Shown here: in pieces, positions 9,575-18,300 of the stretch
Numbering within the stretch: position 1 is the stretch's first letter
Layout: every line of letters starts with the position of its first letter
From: a bacterium UBP2_UBA2255
GTDB lineage: Bacteria > Edwardsbacteria > AC1 > EtOH8
Reading direction: 5' to 3'
DNA: 64,000 bases
Assembly: GCA_002347565.1 (NCBI GenBank)
Contig: DDXR01000075.1
Coordinates: 13,932 to 77,931, forward strand
Notes under the pieces: model-generated
What the model was told of the DNA's origin: nothing
The model's database searches: none
Seen by the model: only the letters and a program-made list of their open reading frames with translations
Translations under genes and position numbers: made by a program

Positions 9575-11665
9575 TTGCATCTCATGACCGGTACCGCCGA
9601 CATCCAGTACCTCAAGGGCGTGGGACCCAAACGGGCGGCGCTGCTGCGCGGCATGGGAATCGCCAGTCTGGCCGACCTGCTGTACACTCCGCCCCGCCGC
9701 TACATCGACCGCAGCCTGATCAAGCCGGCGGGTCGGCTGCGGCCGGGAGAGTCGGTCACCGTGTTCGGCAGCGTGGCCGACAAGGGCGTGGTGCGCGCCC
9801 GGCGCGGCTTCTCCATCTTCAACCTGCTGGTGAGCGATGACAGCGGCTACCTGCTGTGCAAGTGGTTCAACCAGCCATACCTGTCGGAGCGTTTCGCCAT
9901 CGGCCAGAAGCTGGTCGTCAGCGGGATGGTGAAGTACGACCGCGGCCCGTCGCTGGTCAATCCCGAGTACGAGCTGATCGACGCCGAGGACGAGGAGCTG
10001 ATCCACACCGGCCGGATCGTGCCGCTCCACGCGGTGACCGCCGGCCTGACCACCCGGCAGTACCGGGTGATACTGCGGTGCGCCCTCGACCAGTACCTGG
10101 CGTCGCTGCCGGAATCGCTCCCGGCCGGCGTGCGCTCCCGCCACCGGCTGCTGCCGCTGGCCGAGGCGCTATCCCTGGTCCATTTCCCCGAATCGCTGGA
10201 GCAGGCGGCCCGGGCCCGGCGGCGGCTGGCGTTCGAGGAGCTGTTCTACCTCCAAGTGCTGATCGCGCTGCAGCGACGGGGCGCCCAGCGCTCCGGCACC
10301 GCCCTCCCCCTGGCCGACCGGGCATGGCGGGCCCGCTTCGACGGCCTGCTGCGGTTCGAGCTGACCGCGGCCCAGCGCCGCGTGATCGGCGAGATCTCGG
10401 CCGACCTGGCGGCGGACCGGCCGATGCACCGGCTGCTGCAGGGCGACGTGGGATCGGGCAAGACCGTGGTGGCCCTGGCCGCGATCCTCCAGGCAGTGGG
10501 GTCCGGCGGCCAGGCGGCGCTGATGGCGCCCACCGAGCTGCTGGCGGAACAGCATTTCGCCTCCCTGGCCCCCTGGTTCGACGAGCTGGGGGTGCCGGCG
10601 GCGCTGCTGACCGGCTCGCTGGGCGCCAGGGACCGGGCAGCGCTGCACCAGCGGATCGCCGACGGCCGGATATCGGTGTGCGTCGGCACCCACGCCGTCA
10701 TCCAGGAGGGCGTGCGGTTCAGCGACCTGTCGCTGGCGGTGATCGATGAGCAGCACCGGTTCGGAGTGCGCCAGCGAGCTGCGCTGCGGGACCAGCGGAC
10801 GGGCGGCCCCACCGGCCGGCAGCCGCACGTGCTGGTTATGACCGCCACGCCGATCCCCCGGACCCTGGCGCTGACACTGTACGGCGACCTCGACGTCTCG
10901 GTTATCGACGAGCTGCCGCCCGGCCGGGTGCCGGTCGTCACCCGGTGGACGGCAGAGGGGAACCGCGACAAGGTCTACAGTTTCCTGGCCGGGCAGATCA
11001 CGGCCGGCCGCCAGGCGTACGTGGTGTACCCGGTGATCGAGAAATCGGAGAAGACCGACCTCAAGGCCGCGGTTACCATGCACCGACATCTGTCCAATGA
11101 TGTGTTCCCGACCCGGCGCGTGGCGCTGGTGCATGGGCGTTTGAAGCGAGCCGAGCGGGACGCGGTGATGGCCAAGTTCAAACAGGGTGCGATCGACATC
11201 CTGGTCGCCACCACGGTGATCGAGGTCGGGATCGACATCCCCAACGCCACGGTGATGCTGGTGGAACAGGCCGAACGGTATGGTTTGTCCCAATTGCACC
11301 AGTTACGAGGCAGGGTTGGCCGCAGCAGTGACAAGTCCTATTGTATTCTCTTGCCCGGCAAAATGTTATCCGATATTGCAAAAGCCCGTCTTGAGATAAT
11401 GCAACAAACGATAGACGGCTTTAAGATCGCCGAGAAAGACCTTGAATTGCGGGGACCTGGGGATTTCTGGTCGACGCGCCAGCATGGGCTCCCGGCTCTT
11501 CGCATCGCCAACATCATGACCGACGGCCAGCTGGTCGCCGTGACCCGTCAGGAAGTCCGGTCGATCTTCTCGGACCAGGGTGTTGCCGATCCCGCGCAGG
11601 AAGAATTGAAGCAGAACCTCGAACGGTTCTTCCCCGATGCCGGACAGTACTTGGCCACCGGATAG
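9575..11665 (+). CDS. recG: ATP-dependent DNA helicase RecG
   Basis: Wedge/OB N-terminus, GDVGSGKT Walker A, DEQHRFG, QLHQLRGRVGR motif VI. The start could be the ATG at 9584. Confidence 0.95.
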   Translation: MHLMTGTADIQYLKGVGPKRAALLRGMGIASLADLLYTPPRRYIDRSLIKPAGRLRPGESVTVFGSVADKGVVRARRGFSIFNLLVSDDSGYLLCKWFNQPYLSERFAIGQKLVVSGMVKYDRGPSLVNPEYELIDAEDEELIHTGRIVPLHAVTAGLTTRQYRVILRCALDQYLASLPESLPAGVRSRHRLLPLAEALSLVHFPESLEQAARARRRLAFEELFYLQVLIALQRRGAQRSGTALPLADRAWRARFDGLLRFELTAAQRRVIGEISADLAADRPMHRLLQGDVGSGKTVVALAAILQAVGSGGQAALMAPTELLAEQHFASLAPWFDELGVPAALLTGSLGARDRAALHQRIADGRISVCVGTHAVIQEGVRFSDLSLAVIDEQHRFGVRQRAALRDQRTGGPTGRQPHVLVMTATPIPRTLALTLYGDLDVSVIDELPPGRVPVVTRWTAEGNRDKVYSFLAGQITAGRQAYVVYPVIEKSEKTDLKAAVTMHRHLSNDVFPTRRVALVHGRLKRAERDAVMAKFKQGAIDILVATTVIEVGIDIPNATVMLVEQAERYGLSQLHQLRGRVGRSSDKSYCILLPGKMLSDIAKARLEIMQQTIDGFKIAEKDLELRGPGDFWSTRQHGLPALRIANIMTDGQLVAVTRQEVRSIFSDQGVADPAQEELKQNLERFFPDAGQYLATG

Positions 11666-11680
11666 GGTACACCGGACAAT

Positions 11681-11715
11681 GTAAAAGCGCCCCCACGCTG
11701 TGGGGGCGCTTTTAC
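11681..11715. terminator. Bidirectional terminator hairpin between convergent recG and the OMP gene
   Basis: Perfect 16-bp stem GTAAAAGCGCCCCCAC / GTGGGGGCGCTTTTAC with a 3-nt loop. T run follows at 11725-11730. Confidence 0.7.
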
Positions 11716-11734
11716 ATTCCGAGGTTTTTTACGA

Positions 11735-12376
11735 TCAGAACCCGCTGAGCTCGATCCCTGCGCCGATGATCAGTCCGGACATCTTGAGATCGGTGAAGAC
11801 GTCGTTCCCGGCGCTGCGCGAGCAGGTGTTCCCGTTATAGGAAACGCCAGCGGTCAGCGCGCTGCGGTATCCCAGGCCCAGCCGGGCGCCGGCGCCCAGC
11901 CGCCACCCGAAACCGCTGTACCAGCCGCTCTCCGGCCGGCTGGCCGCAGGTATGCTGTAGAGGCTTTCGTTATAGCTATAGGAGACATTTGCCAGGCCGT
12001 AGCCCACCCGGCCTTCAAGGTACGGCTTGATCAGCATCCCCATCGGCATGGTGACGACCACCCCGGCCGTGACCGGAATGTATTTCACTGAGTGTTTGTA
12101 TGCCACTTGGCGGTTCTGGATGTTAACGATGGCCGATGTATCAACGTCCACCGGCGTGCTGGTCTCCTGGGTGTAGGTCTTGTTCATGAAATCGAGCTGG
12201 ACGTTGGCCATCACCATGTCGTCCACCCGTTTGCCGGCGCCCAGGGAAAGCAGCAGTCCGCCGCCGCCGGACACGGCCGATGGCTTGAAATAGGCCGCCC
12301 CGGCGTTGAGCGCCAATGCCAGCGCCGGTCCGGCCGCGACCGCGGCCGCCAGCGCGACCAGAACAATCTTTTTCAT
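11735..12376 (-). CDS. Small outer-membrane beta-barrel protein (OmpA-like/OmpW-like porin family)
   Basis: Signal peptide MKKIVLVALAAAVAAGPALALA. Alternating Gly/aromatic strands. Ends in ...IELSGF. Confidence 0.65.
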   Translation of the reverse strand: MKKIVLVALAAAVAAGPALALALNAGAAYFKPSAVSGGGGLLLSLGAGKRVDDMVMANVQLDFMNKTYTQETSTPVDVDTSAIVNIQNRQVAYKHSVKYIPVTAGVVVTMPMGMLIKPYLEGRVGYGLANVSYSYNESLYSIPAASRPESGWYSGFGWRLGAGARLGLGYRSALTAGVSYNGNTCSRSAGNDVFTDLKMSGLIIGAGIELSGF

Positions 12377-12388
12377 CTCGATTCCGTA

Positions 12389-12574
12389 TTACTTGAGGGT
12401 GATGCAGCTTACCGGGCAGGCGTCGACGCAGGCCCCGCACTCGGTGCAGGCGTCGGGCTTGGCCACCTTGGCCTTGTCGCCGTCCATGTCCAGCACGTTG
12501 ACCGGGCAGGCCGAAACGCAGGCGCCGCAGCCGATGCAGGCGTCGAGGTCGATCGAGAGCTGTTTCTTGGCCAT
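12389..12574 (-). CDS. 2x[4Fe-4S] ferredoxin
   Basis: Two CxxCxxCxxxCP motifs (CIGCGACVSACP, CTECGACVDACP). 61 aa. Confidence 0.9.
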   Translation of the reverse strand: MAKKQLSIDLDACIGCGACVSACPVNVLDMDGDKAKVAKPDACTECGACVDACPVSCITLK

Positions 12575-12596
12575 CCTTCTTGTCTCCTTGCGTGGT

Positions 12597-12830
12597 CTAT
12601 TTGTTCTTTTTCTGCAGCCGGGCGATGTCCTTCAGCACGGCTTGTTTCTTGGCGTTCAGCAGCCGCTCGTGGCCGATCTCCTCATGGACAAGTGTCTTGA
12701 ACAGTTTCTTGATGTCATACTCGTAGGCGTAGGTGGCCTCGCGCAGGTAGCGCTCCTGGGCCTCGCGCTCCTTGCTGATGGCCATGTCCAGCGCCCTGAC
12801 CAGCTGTTTCGCCAGCTTCAGGTCTTCCAT
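12597..12830 (-). CDS. Short ferritin-like/rubrerythrin-like helical protein
   Basis: ATG at 12830 with SD GAGGAG. A consensus promoter at 12885-12913 lies inside the longer 12896 ORF, which favours the shorter start. One E-x-x-H segment (HEEIGHERLL). Confidence 0.45.
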   Translation of the reverse strand: MEDLKLAKQLVRALDMAISKEREAQERYLREATYAYEYDIKKLFKTLVHEEIGHERLLNAKKQAVLKDIARLQKKNK

Positions 12831-12884
12831 GCGGTTCTCCTCGGTTGTCGTATCGTTGCGTTTGCCTCCGGTCGCAATGCCTAT

Positions 12885-12913
12885 ATGATACCACACAATT
12901 TGACGTTTGACAA
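12885..12913 (-). promoter_or_regulatory. Sigma70-like promoter TTGTCA-17-TATCAT (minus strand) for the ferritin-like/ferredoxin/OMP operon
   Basis: Minus-strand TTGTCA (12913-12908), 17-nt spacer ending in TGG (extended -10-like), TATCAT (12890-12885). Confidence 0.5.
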
Positions 12914-12944
12914 GGGGCTTGCGCCCGTAAACGGACGGATCCGG

Positions 12945-14534
12945 TCACCGCACCACTGTCAACCGTCCCGAGCTGGCACCGCCCTCCGTCACCAGCCGCC
13001 ACGTATAGACGCCGCTGGCCAGTCTGGTCCCCGACCGGTCCCTTGCCTCCCACCTGATGGCGCGATCACCCGGGCCGGCAGGGCCGCTGCAAATGGTTGC
13101 GACCCGCTGCCCCGCCGCATTGTAGATTGACAGGTCCGCGTGCTGCGGCCGGTCGAGCGTCAGGCGGAACACGGTCCCCCGCGCCCCGGCCGGATTGGGC
13201 GCGGCCCGGCATGCTGGGGAAACCGCGCCGCCAGTCCGGACCATCACCGGCTCCGACCACTCGGCAGAGCCATCGAGCGCGATCCGGCCAAGGCGGTAGC
13301 TGCAGGTTGCGCCCCGGGGGGCCGCGCGATCAGCATGCGTGTATGTGGCACCATCGCTCCGCGAGGCCGCGGCCGGCAGGCGCATGATCTCGCGATAGCC
13401 CCCGCCGTTGTCGCCGCGCTCGACTATCCAGTGGTAGCAGTCCTGTTCAGTCGCGCTGCGCCACCGCAGGTCGACCGCCAGCCCGTTCCAATGCGCGGCG
13501 AACTCGACCGCGGCCACGCCGGTCGTCCCCAGCGGGAATCGCTCGAACAGGATGTCGTTGTCGTTATTGTAGTCGTTGGCGCGGGTCCAGGAGCGGTACA
13601 GGCCGCCGGCGTGCACGAACAGGCAGGGCTGGGTGTTATGCAGCAGGCCGCCGTCGAAGGTCAGCTGCTGCTCGGCCTGCCACGAGAGCCCGTCGGCCGA
13701 GCGCCGCCGGCAGAGGTTGTAGGCATCGTAGGGCGCGCTCTGGTACTTCGCATAATAGACCACATAGCCGCTGTCCGGCACCTGCAGGCACCAGGCGTCG
13801 TGCGAGTTCTGGTTGGTGGTCAGCCGCACCGAGTCGGTCCAGGCCGTCAGGTTCGCCGATTGCCGGACGAAGACGTCGATCTGCGTGGTGCTGCCGCCGC
13901 TCTGCCGCTGGAAGGCGGCCAGGTACGTGCCGTCCGTGTGCCGCATGATGCGCGGCCGGTAGGCGCGGGCGTTGACCAGCCGGCGAGCGGTGTCCCAGCT
14001 TCCGCCCTTGGGCTTTGATGCAACATATGCTCCCGCGCCATTTGTTGCGCTTTTCCCCATCCTGTAGATCATAACGATTGTACTATCTGTCGTCGTGATC
14101 ACCGTCGGGTCATAGCACCACAGCGAATCTGCCCAGCCCAACGGCACCTGGCCCTCGGCCATCCAAGAGGCACCATCTACCGAGTACGCAGTGTGTATGC
14201 GGTAGGTGCCGGACTCGTTCGACCCGTACCACAGCCGGATGGTATCGCCCGGCAGCTGCAACAAGCCGATCGTAGCCTGGTCGGCCGTGCCGCCCACCGC
14301 CAGCGCCGGCGCGCTCCAGGTGGCTCCGTCGTCGGCCGAGAACGAAACGTAGATGTCGGTGGCACTCCATGATCCGTAGGGGTTGCGGCCGATGGCCGCC
14401 ATCAGGCGCCCGTCGGATAATCTGATGATCCGGCTCTCGGTGTCGTTGGTGGTGCCGCCGGCGATGGTGACCGGGTCGGCGCCGGCCGTCCCGGCGGCAA
14501 GCAGCGCCAGCAGGCAGAAGATTCTGACGGTCAT
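12945..14534 (-). CDS. Secreted BNR/sialidase-like beta-propeller protein with T9SS-type C-terminal sorting domain
   Basis: Signal peptide MTVRIFCLLALLAAGTAGA. BNR motifs SADDGATWS and SADGLSWQ. C-terminal ~70 aa (DLSIYNAAGQRV...LASGVYTWRL...GRLTVVR) match the CTDs of the M6 and C25 proteins. Confidence 0.7.
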   Translation of the reverse strand: MTVRIFCLLALLAAGTAGADPVTIAGGTTNDTESRIIRLSDGRLMAAIGRNPYGSWSATDIYVSFSADDGATWSAPALAVGGTADQATIGLLQLPGDTIRLWYGSNESGTYRIHTAYSVDGASWMAEGQVPLGWADSLWCYDPTVITTTDSTIVMIYRMGKSATNGAGAYVASKPKGGSWDTARRLVNARAYRPRIMRHTDGTYLAAFQRQSGGSTTQIDVFVRQSANLTAWTDSVRLTTNQNSHDAWCLQVPDSGYVVYYAKYQSAPYDAYNLCRRRSADGLSWQAEQQLTFDGGLLHNTQPCLFVHAGGLYRSWTRANDYNNDNDILFERFPLGTTGVAAVEFAAHWNGLAVDLRWRSATEQDCYHWIVERGDNGGGYREIMRLPAAASRSDGATYTHADRAAPRGATCSYRLGRIALDGSAEWSEPVMVRTGGAVSPACRAAPNPAGARGTVFRLTLDRPQHADLSIYNAAGQRVATICSGPAGPGDRAIRWEARDRSGTRLASGVYTWRLVTEGGASSGRLTVVR

Positions 14535-14538
14535 AATC

Positions 14539-15663
14539 CTACATCCTCTTGAAGTCGAAAAGCGCCTCGGCCAGACGTCCAATCGCGCGGCGGGCCAGCT
14601 CCGGCCGGTTGCCGAACCCGATGCGGACCCGGGCGGGATCGCCGAAGTGCTTGCCCGGCACGACGTAAATGCCGTGCTTCGTTGCCAGCGACCGCACCAA
14701 CCGATCCGTGTCCCGCAGGCCCGCGATCGCGGGAAACCAGATGCATCCCCGGTCAGGGACGTTCCCCTCGATCAGCCCATCGGCGATCAGCGGGTCCATG
14801 GCCTGGCACAGCGCCGTGCGGTTCTGCTGCACGATCCCCAGCGACCGGTCGAGATACTCGTCGAGGTGCGCGAACACGACCGCCGACAGCGACTCCAGGT
14901 AGCGCGAGCCGTTGCCGTCGGACAGCACGAACCATGGCCAGATCCTTTTAACGGTCGGCGCGTCGGCCATGATCCATCCGCATTCCAGGTGGCTCAAGCC
15001 GTAGACCTTGGAGAGGCTGCCGGTCGAAATGTAGATCGGGTCGACCGTACTGGCCGGCACGTGCTTCCCCGGCGCGAAATCGCGGAACACCTCGTCCATC
15101 AGGATCCGCGTCCGCTTGTTCCTCCGGCGCACGGCCGCGGCGATGTCCTTCAGCTCCCGCCGGTCCAGATACGCTCCGCTGGGGTTGTGCAGGTTGGTCA
15201 GCACCACCAGGCTGGTCTTGCGGTCGACCAGGCGCGCCAGCTCGTCGGGATCGACCCCGTAGCGCGGCGGCCGCCGCTTCAACCACTTGATGCGGGCGCC
15301 GATCCGCTCCGCGGTCTGCCACATCGGCTGGTAAGCCGGGGTCTCGCAGACCACCGTGTCGCCCCTGTTGGCATGGGAGATGATCGCCAGGTAGGTGGCG
15401 TTGGTGCAGCCGTTGGTCAGCAGGATGTTTCCCGGCTTGACGCCGTAGCGCGCCGCGATGCGCTCCAGCAGCACCGGGTGCCCCCAGTCGTTGTTGTACG
15501 CCTGCAGCCGGCGCAGTTCCTCCCAGTTCTCACGGACATGCCGTTCCAACAGGTCCAACGGCTCGTACACGTTGCTGGACATCAGCAGATGGGCGTCCTG
15601 CCGGCCCTGCAGTCGGACATCCAGGTCCTTGAACCAAGTCAGGTAATCGGTAGTCCTCATCAT
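14539..15663 (-). CDS. Class I/II PLP-dependent aminotransferase
   Basis: NLHNPSGAY and SLSKVYG (PLP lysine) motifs. Start placed at the ATGATG at 15658-15663, because the upstream part of the ORF is read-through of a repeat element. Confidence 0.8.
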   Translation of the reverse strand: MMRTTDYLTWFKDLDVRLQGRQDAHLLMSSNVYEPLDLLERHVRENWEELRRLQAYNNDWGHPVLLERIAARYGVKPGNILLTNGCTNATYLAIISHANRGDTVVCETPAYQPMWQTAERIGARIKWLKRRPPRYGVDPDELARLVDRKTSLVVLTNLHNPSGAYLDRRELKDIAAAVRRRNKRTRILMDEVFRDFAPGKHVPASTVDPIYISTGSLSKVYGLSHLECGWIMADAPTVKRIWPWFVLSDGNGSRYLESLSAVVFAHLDEYLDRSLGIVQQNRTALCQAMDPLIADGLIEGNVPDRGCIWFPAIAGLRDTDRLVRSLATKHGIYVVPGKHFGDPARVRIGFGNRPELARRAIGRLAEALFDFKRM

Positions 15664-15671
15664 CCTCTTGG

Positions 15672-15754
15672 CGTCAGTGCCTCGCATCGTCGTGCGGGGC
15701 GAACTCCGGCAGGGATCCATGTTCCCTGGATTCCCGCTTTCGCGGGAATGACAC
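15672..15754 (-). repeat. Structured intergenic repeat, family R1 (subfamily A), copy E1
   Basis: Minus-strand reading GTGTCATTCCCGCGAAAGCGGGAATCCAGG...GATCCCTGCCGGAGTTCGCCCC... matches copies E4/E5. The 3' part is degenerate. Confidence 0.7.
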
Positions 15755-15790
15755 AACCGATTGGCTCTCTGCGCCTCCGTACCTCTGTGG

Positions 15791-16444
15791 CTAAGAGTTT
15801 CCTGCCTTCTCCCCGCACTCCGGGCAGAACTTGGCGCCGGCCTCCAGCTTGGCCCCGCACTTGCCGCACTTCAGGTCGGAGCCGATCGCCCCGCCGCACT
15901 CGGGGCAGAACTTGCAGGGCTTGGCCAGCGGCTTTTCGCACTGGGGGCAGGTGGCCCGGATGCCCTTGCGCCAGTTGTCCTCGCCAAGCTTCTTGTCCTC
16001 CTCGGCCATCTTGGCGTGGGCCCACACCTCCTCCACCGACCTGCTGGCCTGGGCCGCTGCCATCTCCACGCCCAGGTCCGGCGCGCACTGCTTGCAGAGT
16101 CCCTTCTTGCCGTTCCAGCAGGCCTTGCGGCACACCCAGGTGCTGCAGCGCGGGCACTGGATGAAGTCCGGCTTCATCTCGGTGATGGCCTCGCGAAACG
16201 CGCCGTCGTGCGCCTTCTCCCAGGCCGCCGACTTCACCTGGTGGCCGACGCTCGACGCGCGGCCCAGCGCCCCGCCGAAGATGTTGCTGGCGATGTCCAG
16301 GATCCCGGCAGCCTTGCCCAGCATGAACTCCTTGAAGGTGCTGCGGTAGCCGGTGCCGCAGCGCTCGCAGACGAACTCGAACTGGAACCCGCTGTCGGTG
16401 GACAGGTCGTTGTTGTTCTTGGTGAACTCGAACTTCTCGCTCAT
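15791..16444 (-). CDS. Multi-zinc-ribbon protein, function unknown
   Basis: Four CxxC-pair clusters: CERC; CPRC...CRKAC...CKQC; CPQC...CKFCPEC; CGKC...CPEC. The last two resemble double-zinc-ribbon modules. Confidence 0.6.
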   Translation of the reverse strand: MSEKFEFTKNNNDLSTDSGFQFEFVCERCGTGYRSTFKEFMLGKAAGILDIASNIFGGALGRASSVGHQVKSAAWEKAHDGAFREAITEMKPDFIQCPRCSTWVCRKACWNGKKGLCKQCAPDLGVEMAAAQASRSVEEVWAHAKMAEEDKKLGEDNWRKGIRATCPQCEKPLAKPCKFCPECGGAIGSDLKCGKCGAKLEAGAKFCPECGEKAGNS

Positions 16445-16474
16445 CGCCCAATGCCTCTTCGCTTCGGTTCTGTT

Positions 16475-17068
16475 TCAGTCCCAGGTGCAGCGCCATTTCC
16501 AGGCGGCGGGGTCGGACTCGTCGAGCCGGACGGCGACTTTCCTGGCGCCGGTCAGCTCGCCCAGCCCCATCAGGTAGCCGGAGAGCACCTGCCGCATGTC
16601 GGCGGGCAGCTCAGGGAAGGCGGCCACGGTGAACGTCAGCTCGTTCCTCCCCGGGCCGTCGCTGGCCGACGCGTCGCCCGTGTCGTGGTAGGTGCGCCAC
16701 AGCCGCGAGGCCTGGGACATGATGAACGGGATCGTGGCCAGCTTCAGCAGCATGCTGTAGACCCCGGTCATGTTGGCCTTGGCCATGCCCCGGCCCACCT
16801 CGATCAGGGGTGACGGCGATCCCGCGAACGCGACATCGCCCCCGGCCTTGAATATCCTGGTCGCGGTCGCCTCGGGCACCCAGCTGATCGGCATGGCGGT
16901 GCGGTAAGCCCGGTAGTCGTCGGGCGCGAGCGCTTGTGCCATGGCCTGGTCGGCCGCGGGCCCCTTGGCCGCGACAGTCTCGCGCAGCCAAGCGATGCCG
17001 GTCCCCTTGGTCCTGGGGATCGTGCTGTCGGCGGTTCCCATCGTGGCGCCTCCTTGTGTTGCGGTCAT
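16475..17068 (-). CDS. Hypothetical protein (197 aa); weak, unverified resemblance to DUF2378/TIGR02265-type proteins
   Basis: Coding-like composition. Its start overlaps the stop of the upstream aminotransferase by 4 nt. I could not recognise a diagnostic motif. Confidence 0.5.
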   Translation of the reverse strand: MTATQGGATMGTADSTIPRTKGTGIAWLRETVAAKGPAADQAMAQALAPDDYRAYRTAMPISWVPEATATRIFKAGGDVAFAGSPSPLIEVGRGMAKANMTGVYSMLLKLATIPFIMSQASRLWRTYHDTGDASASDGPGRNELTFTVAAFPELPADMRQVLSGYLMGLGELTGARKVAVRLDESDPAAWKWRCTWD

Positions 17069-18228
17069 CGCGTCGCCAGCGTTTTCTCGATCCGGTCGCA
17101 GGCCTCGCGCAGGTTGTCGATGGTGTTGGCGTAGGAGAACCGGACGTACCCCTCGCCCTGGGCCCCGAAGTTGGCTCCGGCCAGCGCGCAGATGCCGCAG
17201 TCATTGAGCAGGAAGTCCGTGAACGTCCGCGAGTCCATCCCCGTCTGCTTGATGTTGACGAAGACGTAGAAGGCCCCGGCCGGCCTGGTGCACGACAGCT
17301 TGGGGATTCTGTTGATCCGCTCCACGACGAAGTCGCGGCGCTTCTTGAACTCGGTCATCATGTCGGTCACCGCGTCCTGCGGGCCCTGCAGCGCCTCGAT
17401 GCAGGCGCTCTGGGCGAAGGTGCAGGTGCAGGAGTTGATGTTGGTCATCAGCTGGGCCATGTGCTCGACCAGCTCCTTTGGCATGAGGCCGTAGCCCACC
17501 CTCCAGCCGGTCATGGCGTAGGTCTTGGAGTAGCCGTTGAGGATGACGGCCAGGTCCTTCATGCCGTCGAACTGGGCGATGCTCTCGAACGTTCCCTCGT
17601 AGATCATCCGGTCATAGATCTCGTCGGCCAGCACCGGGATGTTATTGTTGACGGCGATGTCGGCCACCGCCTTCAGGTCCTCCTTGGTCAGGATGCCGCC
17701 GGTGGGGTTGTGAGGCGAGTTGATGATGATCAGCTTGGTCTTTTTCGTGATCTTGGACTTCAGCTCCCTGACGTCCAGCCGGAAATCGTTCTCCTCCCGC
17801 AGCGGCAGCGGCACCGGCACCCCGCCGTTGAACTTGACCATCGACTGGTAGATGGGGAAGCCCGGGTCCGGCACCAGGCACTCGTCGCCCTCCTCCAGCA
17901 GGGCGGTGATGGCGAACGACATGATGGGCTTGGCGCCCGGCGTCACCACCACGTTCTCCGGCCCGTAGCCGACCCCGATGTGTTTGGAGTAGTACTCGGC
18001 GATGGCCTTGCGGTGGGCCGGGGTGCCGGCCGACGGGCCGTAGTGTGTCTGGCCGGCGTCCAGCGCCTTCTTGGCGGCCTCCTTGATGTTGGCCGGCGTG
18101 TCGAAGTCCGGCTCGCCGATCTCGAGGTGGATGATCTTCTTGCCCTCGGCCTCCAGCTGCTTGGCCTTGGCCATCATCTCGAACGCGGTCTCGACCTTGA
18201 GCCGCTGCATCCGCTCCGCGAATCTCAT
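17065..18228 (-). CDS. Aspartate/aromatic-type class I aminotransferase
   Basis: ATG at 18228 preceded by AGGAGG. Motifs IINSPHNPTGG and YSKTYAMTGWRVGY. Confidence 0.9.
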   Translation of the reverse strand: MRFAERMQRLKVETAFEMMAKAKQLEAEGKKIIHLEIGEPDFDTPANIKEAAKKALDAGQTHYGPSAGTPAHRKAIAEYYSKHIGVGYGPENVVVTPGAKPIMSFAITALLEEGDECLVPDPGFPIYQSMVKFNGGVPVPLPLREENDFRLDVRELKSKITKKTKLIIINSPHNPTGGILTKEDLKAVADIAVNNNIPVLADEIYDRMIYEGTFESIAQFDGMKDLAVILNGYSKTYAMTGWRVGYGLMPKELVEHMAQLMTNINSCTCTFAQSACIEALQGPQDAVTDMMTEFKKRRDFVVERINRIPKLSCTRPAGAFYVFVNIKQTGMDSRTFTDFLLNDCGICALAGANFGAQGEGYVRFSYANTIDNLREACDRIEKTLATR

Positions 18229-18248
18229 AGAACCTCCTGATATTCTTT

Positions 18249-18275
18249 CACACGAAGACGCCAAGACACAAAGAA
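18249..18275. repeat. Short intergenic repeat, family R2 (CTTCGTG/CTTTGTG-type), copy a
   Basis: The reverse complement TTCTTTGTGTCTTGGCGTCTTCGTGTG closely matches 43133-43163. Confidence 0.55.
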
Positions 18276-18300
18276 AATCCCGGTCCGTCCCCGATCAGCG

